From a virus (taxonomy: Duplodnaviria; Caudoviricetes): a DNA stretch of 27,480 nt. Of this stretch, positions 1-8,073 are shown piece by piece. Positions within the stretch are counted from its first letter, which is position 1, and each line of letters starts with the position of its first letter. The stretch covers positions 1-27,480 of IMG/VR virus record IMGVR_UViG_3300025084_000168. One strand, written 5' to 3'. Under the pieces are notes generated by a model. That model searched no databases. It had not been told where the DNA came from and saw only the letters and a program-made list of their open reading frames with translations. Made by a program: the position numbers and the translations under genes.

Positions 1-1277
1 GCTTCAGCTGTTGTAGCTAATTCAACAACACCGTCTAATGTATCTGAGGCAGCTCTTACTTTTGTTAAATCTACATCTGCATCGGGAACTGTTATTGTTC
101 TGTCAGTCGTTGGATTTGTTATACTAAAAGTTGTTTCGTGCGCATCTGGAACTGATCCTTCAAATATAAGATTACCTTGTAAAAGAGTATCTCCATCAGA
201 TCTAAAGCTAGCTATTACGTTAGTTCCTCTAAGAGTAGTTACACCTCCACTACCGTGTGTTTCTCCTGATTGTATTATTACCGCTCCCCCAGCTCCATTA
301 CCAGTTGCTCTACCACCAAACAATTGTAAAGCTCCCCCTGCTTTATCTGTGCCAGTAGCATCGCCACCTCTTATATATAAATCTCCTCCTGCATCATCAG
401 TATGTCGTAATCTTTTTATTTGAGCAGCACCGTTGTCATCATCACCAATAACCAGTGACTCTGAGTCGTATGTTAAACCTGATTCAGCTTGAACCGCAGA
501 TGTACCGTTACCTGTTAGTATAGAGTTTGATGCTAAAGTTGTTGCTCCCGTTCCACCTTTAGCTACTGTTACTGTATCAGACAGGGTAGATCCAGCAGCG
601 GTAACAGTTATGTCTCCAGTACCATCAAAGCTTACTCCATTAATATCTCTAGCTGTAGCTAATGCTGTTGCTGTGCCTGCATTACCAGAAACAGATGTAA
701 CATTGGAATTTAATAATGTTGATATACTAGTTAACCCTGTTCCGCCATTACCAACTGCTAGTGTACCAGTAACTCCTATATCAGTAACAGCAGCGCTACC
801 GTCAAAGTTGGCTGAGTCAGTTTCACTAAGTGTTACTTGCAAAGCTCTAGTTGTTTCTAACTTAGTTGCTGTTCCCGCATTGCCACTTACAGTAGTTTGA
901 TCCCCAGTATTAGTACCACTTTGTCCAACTAGGTAGGTTTGATCTATAGCAATACCTCTCCATGCACCTGAAGTTATAGTGCCTACAGCTACAATGTTTG
1001 AAGAACCCTGAAACCCATCTTTTAATCCGTCAGGTGTAACAGCTCTTGTAGCATCTGTACCCGTAGTTGTTTCTGCTGTAGTTGCTAATTCTACTATACC
1101 TTTAGTTGTAGCATCAGCGTCAGGGGCTGCAGATGCAGAAGCTTTTACTATTTTATTATTTGAGTCTAGGCCTAAGCTTCCACCACTAGCAATAGTACCG
1201 CTGTCTATATTTTCTAAATAAACATCGCTTCTAAATCTAGCAATAAAATCTTGTATGTATTGACCTATAAACTTCAT
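1..1277 (-). CDS. Tail fibre protein, 3'-truncated by the window edge (>=425 aa; not in ORF track)
   Basis: ATG at 1277 overlaps the TAA of the upstream gene (TAATG). My manual translation is open to base 1: MKFIGQYIQDFIARFRSDVYLENIDSG...DATTKGIVELATTAETTTGTDATRAVTP...GNAGTATKL...NGGTGLTS...ASDTLDGVVELATTAE. It has two 'G(I/V)VELATTAE' fibre repeats, two 'SGNAGTAT' repeats, GGTG motifs and G/A/T/S-rich composition. Confidence 0.85.
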   Translation of the reverse strand, partial: MKFIGQYIQDFIARFRSDVYLENIDSGTIASGGSLGLDSNNKIVKASASAAPDADATTKGIVELATTAETTTGTDATRAVTPDGLKDGFQGSSNIVAVGTITSGAWRGIAIDQTYLVGQSGTNTGDQTTVSGNAGTATKLETTRALQVTLSETDSANFDGSAAVTDIGVTGTLAVGNGGTGLTSISTLLNSNVTSVSGNAGTATALATARDINGVSFDGTGDITVTAAGSTLSDTVTVAKGGTGATTLASNSILTGNGTSAVQAESGLTYDSESLVIGDDDNGAAQIKRLRHTDDAGGDLYIRGGDATGTDKAGGALQLFGGRATGNGAGGAVIIQSGETHGSGGVTTLRGTNVIASFRSDGDTLLQGNLIFEGSVPDAHETTFSITNPTTDRTITVPDADVDLTKVRAASDTLDGVVELATTAE

Positions 1278-1744
1278 TAAGCGAAATCAACATATTCTAT
1301 TGTTACCTCTTCTCCCTGATCTAGTGCTTTTGCAATAGACGGATAAATCCTCTTATATGCGTTAACGCTTTTACCAACGAACCCATCGCGGAGAATAAGA
1401 TTGTTTTCTTGACTGTCTCCAACGATAAGACACCCAGCAGTGTGCTCGTCAGTGTTTCCAGTATGAATAAGAATATACTCAAAACCAGGAACATCAGTGA
1501 CATGAAGCATACCACGGTGTATACCAGGATATTTTTTATCGTATCTTGCATGAAATCCTCCTTCTTTTCTTAGTTCTATTTTGTACGTACCTGCAGGTAT
1601 TCTAGTTTCACCTTTTACCTTTAATGCTCTTTGTTCATCTTCTAGTGTGTAACATAAAAACCTTTTACCTATGTCTGTATCTTCAAATAACAAACCATGA
1701 GTACAATCTACTTGTGAACTAAATCTTAGTACTTTAAGTTTCAT
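1277..1744 (-). CDS. DUF5675-family protein, candidate endolysin/peptidoglycan peptidase (L,D-transpeptidase-like H...GC motif)
   Basis: Motifs CYTLED, T-RIPAGTY and VPGFEYILIHTGNTDEHTAGCLIVG match the DUF5675 pattern common in Bacteroidota phages. The lytic role is inference. Confidence 0.75.
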   Translation of the reverse strand: MKLKVLRFSSQVDCTHGLLFEDTDIGKRFLCYTLEDEQRALKVKGETRIPAGTYKIELRKEGGFHARYDKKYPGIHRGMLHVTDVPGFEYILIHTGNTDEHTAGCLIVGDSQENNLILRDGFVGKSVNAYKRIYPSIAKALDQGEEVTIEYVDFA

Positions 1745-1745
1745 A

Positions 1746-2111
1746 TTATGCCTTTTTAAATAAACCGTACTCTATCTTTACAGTATCTGTATCTGCTCTA
1801 CACTCAAGTCCTTCAGACGGTGCTAAAGTAAACCATGTAAACTCTCCTGGATGTAATTTACCAAAAGTAGCTGCTGCAGCATCTTGTACATATATAAAGT
1901 TTGTAGAATCTATGTTCTTTATAAACACATAATATGTATTAGAATCAGATGCAGGAACTATTTCGCCCCCTCCTGCTACAGCTGTAGTAATATTTCTTTT
2001 ACTTATTTCTATAGGATCTGTAACATTTAGAGTATCAGAAAGAGTAATGTTGATAGTATCTGATGCAGCAGTTGAGCTGTTCAATGTTAATTTTGTTGAT
2101 AATGTTGCCAT
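1746..2111 (-). CDS. Small beta-rich putative virion protein (paralog A)
   Basis: 121 aa, T/A/S-rich. Clearly similar to the neighbour at 2136-2507 (KLTLxSS, SDxxNxTxxDTLxV, YVFxKN, LxxGEFT). Confidence 0.6.
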   Translation of the reverse strand: MATLSTKLTLNSSTAASDTINITLSDTLNVTDPIEISKRNITTAVAGGGEIVPASDSNTYYVFIKNIDSTNFIYVQDAAAATFGKLHPGEFTWFTLAPSEGLECRADTDTVKIEYGLFKKA

Positions 2112-2135
2112 CTTATTATTATTAAGTTATTATTA

Positions 2136-2507
2136 TTATGCTGCTGCTTGAAATATCATTACTTCTAAAACAGGAGTACCTGTTGCTGCATCGTACACTA
2201 AGTCTTCATCACTACTCCAAGGAAATATTGTAAACTCTCCTGCTCCTAAAGACATTACATCTGCAGAATCAGTTGCTCCTACACGTATATGAATTATCTC
2301 AGCTGCTGTAGTACTTTTATTTTTTAAAAATACATAAGCATCTGTATACCCTGATGCTGTAGCAAATACTGCGGCAGTAGCTGAAGTGACTATTGTTTTT
2401 CTATTTATCTGTCCTAGTACACTTAAAGTATCTGTAACTGTTAAGTTTAAAGAATCACTTGGAGTGTTAGAACTTGTAAGAGTTAATTTTGCTGTTACTG
2501 TTGCCAT
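2136..2507 (-). CDS. Small beta-rich putative virion protein (paralog B)
   Basis: 123 aa, paralog of 1746-2111. Starts 1 nt after the stop of the upstream gene. Confidence 0.6.
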   Translation of the reverse strand: MATVTAKLTLTSSNTPSDSLNLTVTDTLSVLGQINRKTIVTSATAAVFATASGYTDAYVFLKNKSTTAAEIIHIRVGATDSADVMSLGAGEFTIFPWSSDEDLVYDAATGTPVLEVMIFQAAA

Positions 2508-2508
2508 T

Positions 2509-4494
2509 TTATTTTATTATTATTTTATTAGTTATACTTAAATTATCTTTAGAAATCTTAATTAGGTAAAAACCTTTGTTAAGCTCTACGTCTAATACTT
2601 TATTAGCTTCATATACAAGTCTTCCTAACTCATCGTAAACTTTTATATCAACTTCAGAGTTAAAACTGATTAACCCGCTTGATGGATTAGGGTAAGGTAT
2701 TACTCCCATTCTTTCAAACATTGCTATATCTGTAGGACCTGTCCAACCGTCTGCACAATACGCATATAGTCCATCACATCCCTCATCCCATGTTGTATTA
2801 CAACAATAAGGATCTACTGAGATAACCCACTCAAAACACGCATTAGGCACATAGTATACATCACCAGAATAACACCCAGCAGAGTAATAGCAAGTACTGT
2901 CTGCCATGTTAGCTTGTGGATTATAATTAATAGCAGACGGATCAATGCACCCATACAAAGGATAAACACAAGTACCATTATTAGTGTTTGCGTTATCATC
3001 GTAATTAATTGCTGTGCTGTCTGTACATCCATAATAAAAAGGTATGCAACTTCCGTTGTCTGTATTTGCTGTTAAATCATAATTCCACATTGTATTATCA
3101 GTACATCCAAATACTACATCAATACAACTATCATCATCACTATTTGCTAGTGGGTTGTAGTTAAAGGCTGCACCATCGGTACAACCCCAGACGTAAGCAA
3201 TGCATGTACCATCGTCTGTATTCGCTAATGAATCATAGTTTAATGCAGTAACGTCTGTGCAACCATACATATATGATATACATGATCCGTCATCTAAATT
3301 TGCATTAACATTAAAATTAAACATTGTATTGTCTGTACACCCTTCAACAACTTCAACACAAGAACCATCTAACTCTGTGTTTGCTTCAGGATTATAATTC
3401 AAGGCTGTAGAATCCATGCAGCCAAGAACGATAAGTGTAGCGCAGGTTTCGTTATCAAAGTCAGCATCTGCGTTATACTCAATGTAAATTGGATTCGTAC
3501 ATCCTTCAACGTAGTAGCAGCTTTCGTCATCTGTGTTAGCACCATCATTATAATTTAAAGCTGTATCATCAATACAACCAAATATTTTTTCTATACAACT
3601 ATTACCGCAATACGGCATACCTAAGTTTATTGCAAAAGGGATTAAAGGATTTGCAAAACCTCCTGGTTCGCTTATCGTTAAGTGTTCTTCTGAATATAAG
3701 CTATAACCACATTGTACGGATGTAAACTGTGATTGTTGTGTAGTATTAAATTTTACTTCTACGGGCTCTGATATACTTAAATCAAAGGTAAAAGTAGTGT
3801 CAAAACCATCATCAAGAGTAAATATACCTAAAAAGTTGTCACCTTGAAATACCTGTAGAAAAGCTCCAGCCCAACCGTTACCAGCTAAGTCTGTTAATTC
3901 TAAAGTGTAAGAACAACTGTCTACTAATATATTAGTGTTAGCTATACTGTCATAATTAAATGCTTCTTCATCTGTACACCCGTATAGCTTTGGAGTGTAA
4001 CACATACCTGTGTCTAATGTTGCTATTGGTAAAAACTCTACAAAGCTTTCATCCATGCAACCATATATTGGTGGTGGAGGTGCACAATCTTCTACTGTAA
4101 ATCCGTGGTACGCGTAAGTACCAAAGTTAGCTGAATCCATTTCAACTATAGTATCATTACATCTTAGTAGATAGTATGAACCATCTTGCCCACCCCATAA
4201 GCTACCCTGCATACCATCTCCATAAGAATCATATATGTCAAAGTAGTAATCACCATTAGGTACACAAAGCTGTGTTACTTGAGGTGAATAATCTATTATA
4301 TCAGTATAAGGCCCTCCTGTAACTATAGTGTCTAAATTACCATTTAATAAAGCCCAAGATGTTTCTTGTGGGTATTGATCTGGATTTATTACAATGTTTA
4401 AGTATGTTCCATTAGGACATTGAGAAAAAGCAGTTGATAGTGTAAACACTACAACCATAATAAATGCGTATAAAAATTTAGTAAACTTGTTCAT
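2509..4494 (-). CDS. Secreted Cys/Asp-repeat protein with Sec signal peptide and type A T9SS C-terminal sorting domain
   Basis: N-terminus MNKFTKFLYAFIMVVVFTLSTAFS|Q. Bacteroidota-type DQYPQETSW...DSYGDG domain. 11 GC(T/M/I)D-x2-A-x-NY...D(D/N)GxC repeats. C-terminus IPYPNPSSG...VYDELGRLV...LNKGFYLIKI...TNKIIIK matches the YPNP / GxY / KxxxK pattern of TIGR04183-type CTDs. Confidence 0.85.
   Translation of the reverse strand: MNKFTKFLYAFIMVVVFTLSTAFSQCPNGTYLNIVINPDQYPQETSWALLNGNLDTIVTGGPYTDIIDYSPQVTQLCVPNGDYYFDIYDSYGDGMQGSLWGGQDGSYYLLRCNDTIVEMDSANFGTYAYHGFTVEDCAPPPPIYGCMDESFVEFLPIATLDTGMCYTPKLYGCTDEEAFNYDSIANTNILVDSCSYTLELTDLAGNGWAGAFLQVFQGDNFLGIFTLDDGFDTTFTFDLSISEPVEVKFNTTQQSQFTSVQCGYSLYSEEHLTISEPGGFANPLIPFAINLGMPYCGNSCIEKIFGCIDDTALNYNDGANTDDESCYYVEGCTNPIYIEYNADADFDNETCATLIVLGCMDSTALNYNPEANTELDGSCVEVVEGCTDNTMFNFNVNANLDDGSCISYMYGCTDVTALNYDSLANTDDGTCIAYVWGCTDGAAFNYNPLANSDDDSCIDVVFGCTDNTMWNYDLTANTDNGSCIPFYYGCTDSTAINYDDNANTNNGTCVYPLYGCIDPSAINYNPQANMADSTCYYSAGCYSGDVYYVPNACFEWVISVDPYCCNTTWDEGCDGLYAYCADGWTGPTDIAMFERMGVIPYPNPSSGLISFNSEVDIKVYDELGRLVYEANKVLDVELNKGFYLIKISKDNLSITNKIIIK
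2890..4065 (-). repeat. Array of 11 degenerate ~26-28 aa GCTD...NY...DDGSC protein repeats
   Basis: Counted in the translation: GCMDES, GCTDEE, GCIDDT, GCTNPI, GCMDST, GCTDNT, GCTDVT, GCTDGA, GCTDNT, GCTDST, GCIDPS. The last nine are tandem. Boundaries are approximate. Confidence 0.9.
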
Positions 4495-4847
4495 TAAAAT
4501 TTGCTTATTATTAATTCATCAATATATTCTTGTACCTCTTTTCTTGTAGCAGCCATTTTAAAACTTATGTCTGCTTGAAATCTTTTTACTTCTTCACCAT
4601 CATCAAACACTACTATTGTTGGTACAATAGCTATTTCGTATTTAGTTTGATTATCATTTTGTTCTATCAAAAGTGTTTGTCTATCACATTCCTTTAATTT
4701 TGAGAACCAAACTACATCATTAGCTGAATTAAAGTCAGCATTAAAGTGAATTACTTTTACCTGAGAAAAAGCAGTATGCGAGGCTACCAATAAAAATAAT
4801 ACTAACAAGTACATTCCAAATATCTTCCATTCTGCTATCTTTTTCAT
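4494..4847 (-). CDS. Exported thioredoxin-fold protein lacking CXXC
   Basis: Hydrophobic N-terminus ending AFS|Q. VIHFNADFNSAN sits at the position of the thioredoxin F-x-A-x-WCxxC motif. KYEIAIVPTIVVFDDGEEVKRF is the cis-Pro loop and following strands of thioredoxins. Confidence 0.75.
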   Translation of the reverse strand: MKKIAEWKIFGMYLLVLFLLVASHTAFSQVKVIHFNADFNSANDVVWFSKLKECDRQTLLIEQNDNQTKYEIAIVPTIVVFDDGEEVKRFQADISFKMAATRKEVQEYIDELIISKF

Positions 4848-5122
4848 TATCTTAATGCATCAATTTTGTCCTCCATGCGAATCATTCGTTCTTCTAACTT
4901 TTCCACATTTTTCTCTGTATTCTTAATAGACTGACGTATATTAACATCTTTCATATTAAACTCCATTTTAGAAATCTCTGGTTTAGGAAGCTCTTTTGCT
5001 TCTGCTATGTCTGCTTGTAGCGTAAACCACATACCTATTAAAGTTGCCATTGCAAAGCCTATGCCTATTAATGTTTTTACACTTATATTGAACCCTGTTT
5101 CTTCGTTTAGTTCTTTTGCCAT
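4847..5122 (-). CDS. Single-TM membrane protein with C-terminal coiled coil (i-spanin/holin-like topology)
   Basis: TM segment TLIGIGFAMATLIGMWFTL, followed by the heptad-like IRQSIKNTEKNVEKLEERMIRMEDKIDAL. Confidence 0.6.
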   Translation of the reverse strand: MAKELNEETGFNISVKTLIGIGFAMATLIGMWFTLQADIAEAKELPKPEISKMEFNMKDVNIRQSIKNTEKNVEKLEERMIRMEDKIDALR

Positions 5123-5125
5123 TGT

Positions 5126-6163
5126 TTAAAATATTCTGTAGTTTACACCAAATTTAAAATCGTACCATTCTCTATTCCAGTACTTGTTATATTTACCTTC
5201 TATAAAACAACCAACATTTCTGTTTAGGTTGTATCCAAAGATCAATCCTCCTGAGTAGTCATACCACTGTTCTCCATCGTTAAAGTTGTGATATGAATAT
5301 TCACCTCCACCATCATAGTGATAAGGCATTAGGTTACCCCAAGAGTGTAACCAAAAATTCTTTTTGTAATGATAAAAATCAAATCCTACTACCAAAGAGT
5401 ATTGCCATTGATTGTCTAACTCATTCTTTTTCTTTTCTACGTAATCATTTAGCATTTCAGGTATAACAACCTGATTCCATACAGTTGCGTTTTCCGCTAC
5501 TAAATTACCGTTTGGATCTCTATACTCAGATTCGTATACATCTACGCTGTAACCTTCTTCAATTGCTAAACAAGTATAGTGTAGTTGTCCTGAAGCTATC
5601 AACCATTCTTCTAATGGATCAAAACCGTATGGTTCTGCCAATCTTTGTGCAGCTCCAATATTAAATGATAGTTTCTTTTTACCGTTTAATCTTAGTCTTT
5701 GTGTAGATTCAAAATACTCTATGTCAGCAAACCCTTCTTTGATATATGCAACCTTTGCCATCCATACTGGCTTTACATATCTCATAAAGTGTTGTTGATC
5801 TAGGTATTCTATTCCTTCTTGTCTTCTATAGTCTACTTCAAATAAATACTCAAAAGGAGAAAGTCCAATAGTAGCAGCATCTCCATAAGCAGCTTCTGTA
5901 CCATCTTTAAATGTTCTTCTATCCTCGTACCCAAATCTTTTTATCTTACGAATACCTAATGTTAATGAATAGTCAAAAGGGGTTAGAACTGTGTCTACCC
6001 CTAAATAACTATTGTTTACAGAATATATATTTTCATCTGCTAGTGATGTACCACCATTAGCTGCTATGTAAAAAGTAGAAAACTTAAATGGTTTTTTAAG
6101 TTGTGCATCTACTGTATTTGCAAAAAATGCTAAAAATAAAAATATAAAAATTCTTAATTTCAT
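5126..6163 (-). CDS. Putative outer-membrane beta-barrel protein with signal peptide
   Basis: Signal peptide MKLRIFIFLFLAFFANTVDA|Q. Aromatic-rich amphipathic strands (YSLTLGIR, YSLVVGFDFY, YSGGLIFGY, CFIEGKY). C-terminal FKFGVNYRIF ends in Phe, resembling a BAM beta-signal. Confidence 0.7.
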   Translation of the reverse strand: MKLRIFIFLFLAFFANTVDAQLKKPFKFSTFYIAANGGTSLADENIYSVNNSYLGVDTVLTPFDYSLTLGIRKIKRFGYEDRRTFKDGTEAAYGDAATIGLSPFEYLFEVDYRRQEGIEYLDQQHFMRYVKPVWMAKVAYIKEGFADIEYFESTQRLRLNGKKKLSFNIGAAQRLAEPYGFDPLEEWLIASGQLHYTCLAIEEGYSVDVYESEYRDPNGNLVAENATVWNQVVIPEMLNDYVEKKKNELDNQWQYSLVVGFDFYHYKKNFWLHSWGNLMPYHYDGGGEYSYHNFNDGEQWYDYSGGLIFGYNLNRNVGCFIEGKYNKYWNREWYDFKFGVNYRIF

Positions 6164-6167
6164 TTTA

Positions 6168-6569
6168 CTATTCTATAATCTTGTCAATATTAATAATTTG
6201 CTCTCCAGTAATATCTGTTGGTAAACAGTCTTCTGGTATTGCATGTAATTCAATTTCAGTTTCTTCAAGTAAAAGTTTATCTACTTCTTCTAACTGATCT
6301 TTTCTAGATTGTACTAGTTCTGCATTCTCTTTTTCAAGGTCAGCAATCTCATCTTTTTTATCTTGATTCATAAGAATCTGAACTTTCTGAGATAATTCTA
6401 AAAAGTCATCTGAAGGCTTACTAGCTTCTTCAATATCTTTAAGTTCTTCCTGTATGATTCTAATGTTCTTAGAAACTAACAGTCCTAACTTAACTCCTTT
6501 TAGTTTTTGTACTGAGGTTAATCCGTTGAATAACTCAACAAACTCACCATTTTTCATTTTTACTTTCAT
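6168..6569 (-). CDS. Charged helical protein, possible tail-fibre assembly chaperone
   Basis: 133 aa, E/K/L-rich coiled coil directly downstream of a fibre gene. Function is inferred from position. Confidence 0.45.
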   Translation of the reverse strand: MKVKMKNGEFVELFNGLTSVQKLKGVKLGLLVSKNIRIIQEELKDIEEASKPSDDFLELSQKVQILMNQDKKDEIADLEKENAELVQSRKDQLEEVDKLLLEETEIELHAIPEDCLPTDITGEQIINIDKIIE

Positions 6570-6594
6570 TGTCTATATAATTGATTGGTTAATA

Positions 6595-8058
6595 TTAGCT
6601 ATTATTTATCACTAAAAAGTGAATTTTACTTGCTGTTGTAGAAGTTGCTCCTGTTGCCGCTGGATTATGTATACTTATTTCACAATGTCCATCATCGACA
6701 CCAACTAAAGCTGCAGTAAGTTGTGCGTTATTTGTTGTATTATCATCTTGCACTGTTATCAAAATTACAGAATCTGCTTGTATTGTACTATTTGTAAATG
6801 TAAACTCTGCGTTAGTCGCAGCATTTAAAGCTACTGCTGCTAGTGTAATTACACCAGAAGTAGTGTTTAGTGTTACTCCTGTAGTATGATCACTTGATTG
6901 AGTTACTGTACCACTATTAGTATGTACAATACCTTTTGTAGCTCCAGTAATAATTAAATTACCTGCATTTACTGTAACATCTTGTGCAGTATCTGCAGTT
7001 AATGCTGTAGTTAGTGCTCCTCCCGCAGTATATGTTCTTAAAAGAACACTACCTGCAGTACCACTAGCTGCGTCTCCTGCTGCTAATGTTAATGAACCAC
7101 CCGCGCCTGAACCTGTACCTGCACCTGCTAGTAAACTTAAAGCTCCACCTGCAAAGTTACCCCCACCTGCTGTAGCTGAAGATATACTTAATGCAGCTCC
7201 TGCCACACCTGAAGCAGATGTAACGTTACCAATTGTGTATGTTGATTGATATGCTGCAGTATTACCAATAGTTATTGCTGATGCAGTAGATCCTTGTATG
7301 TTTAATTGACCTGTAGCTTCTCCTGTAGTTATAGTAGAACCAGCGTCATTAAGAATTACTCTACCGTTAGTATGTACATATATACCTCTGTCAGATCCGT
7401 CTCCACTAATGTAATTTGTATTTAGATCAATATTATAAGAAGCTGTATCTAGGTTTGCAGTAAGTGTAGTCAAAGATGCTGCTAAAGTAATTGCTCCTGC
7501 ACCATTAGTAACAGTCATATTAGTACCAGCTGTAAGTCTTGCTACTGATGGATAACCATTAGTTGCATTACCTATAAGTAGCTGTCCATCTGTAGACATT
7601 GCTGTTGTAGCTGCAATCGTATCATCTGCACTTGCATACAATAAAGATCCTTTAGTTATTGTAGATAATCCTGTACCTCCGTTTGTAACTCCACATTCTC
7701 CTGTAACAGTTCCTGTAAAATCTATGCCAGATATAAATCCTGATGTTGCATTATTACAAAGACTAAGATCTATTCCTGCTTCTAGTACAGTTAATACAAC
7801 ATTATTAGAAGTTGTTGCTACTGTTAACAGTCCTGTATCTCCAGATGCTATTCCTTTAAATACAATTTGATTTTTGTTTGTAAGAGTTGCACTTGTATAT
7901 ATAGTTTCAGAACTAGTTCCTGCTGTAGATACTGTAGGATATAAACTAGTTAGTTGAAACTTTCTTGCCGCTTTTGTACTTGAGTTAGCTACTAATAAAA
8001 AATCTGTAGCTAATGCGTTTGTTTTTGAAAGCGTTGATAATGATGTTATTTCTGCCAT
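6595..8058 (-). CDS. Tail fibre / receptor-binding protein
   Basis: T/A/G/S-rich 487 aa. Motifs VTNGGTGLST, GQLLIG, LTAGTNMTVTNGAGAITL and Gly-rich GGALSLLAGAGTGSGAGG repeats. C-terminal GTVTQ...TTGVTLN beta domain. Confidence 0.8.
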   Translation of the reverse strand: MAEITSLSTLSKTNALATDFLLVANSSTKAARKFQLTSLYPTVSTAGTSSETIYTSATLTNKNQIVFKGIASGDTGLLTVATTSNNVVLTVLEAGIDLSLCNNATSGFISGIDFTGTVTGECGVTNGGTGLSTITKGSLLYASADDTIAATTAMSTDGQLLIGNATNGYPSVARLTAGTNMTVTNGAGAITLAASLTTLTANLDTASYNIDLNTNYISGDGSDRGIYVHTNGRVILNDAGSTITTGEATGQLNIQGSTASAITIGNTAAYQSTYTIGNVTSASGVAGAALSISSATAGGGNFAGGALSLLAGAGTGSGAGGSLTLAAGDAASGTAGSVLLRTYTAGGALTTALTADTAQDVTVNAGNLIITGATKGIVHTNSGTVTQSSDHTTGVTLNTTSGVITLAAVALNAATNAEFTFTNSTIQADSVILITVQDDNTTNNAQLTAALVGVDDGHCEISIHNPAATGATSTTASKIHFLVINNS

Positions 8059-8073
8059 TGTATTTTTATTTTA

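Noticed and set aside
610-900. Plus-strand 96-aa ORF, and the other plus-strand ORFs in the track (11473, 11642, 15177, 15491, 17271, 20386, 20702, 21454, 21818, 23596, 25936)
   Set aside because: All are antisense shadows of long, motif-bearing minus-strand genes and have no recognisable protein features.
1321-1551. Hydrophobic 76-aa ORF nested in the DUF5675 gene (possible embedded holin/spanin); also nested ORFs 2814-3032 and 19583-19768
   Set aside because: The hydrophobicity is expected from out-of-frame reading of AT-rich codons. There is no lipobox or independent translation signal. It cannot be fully excluded without conservation data.
2890-3570. Regularly spaced repeats resembling a CRISPR array or DGR template/variable repeats
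   Set aside because: The repeats are degenerate at the DNA level and conserved at the protein level. There are no identical direct repeats, no adenine-specific mismatch pair and no reverse transcriptase or cas gene.
5108-5122. Identical N-terminus MAKEL in the TM protein and in GroES
   Set aside because: Five residues of a common A-rich translation-start context, with no further similarity.
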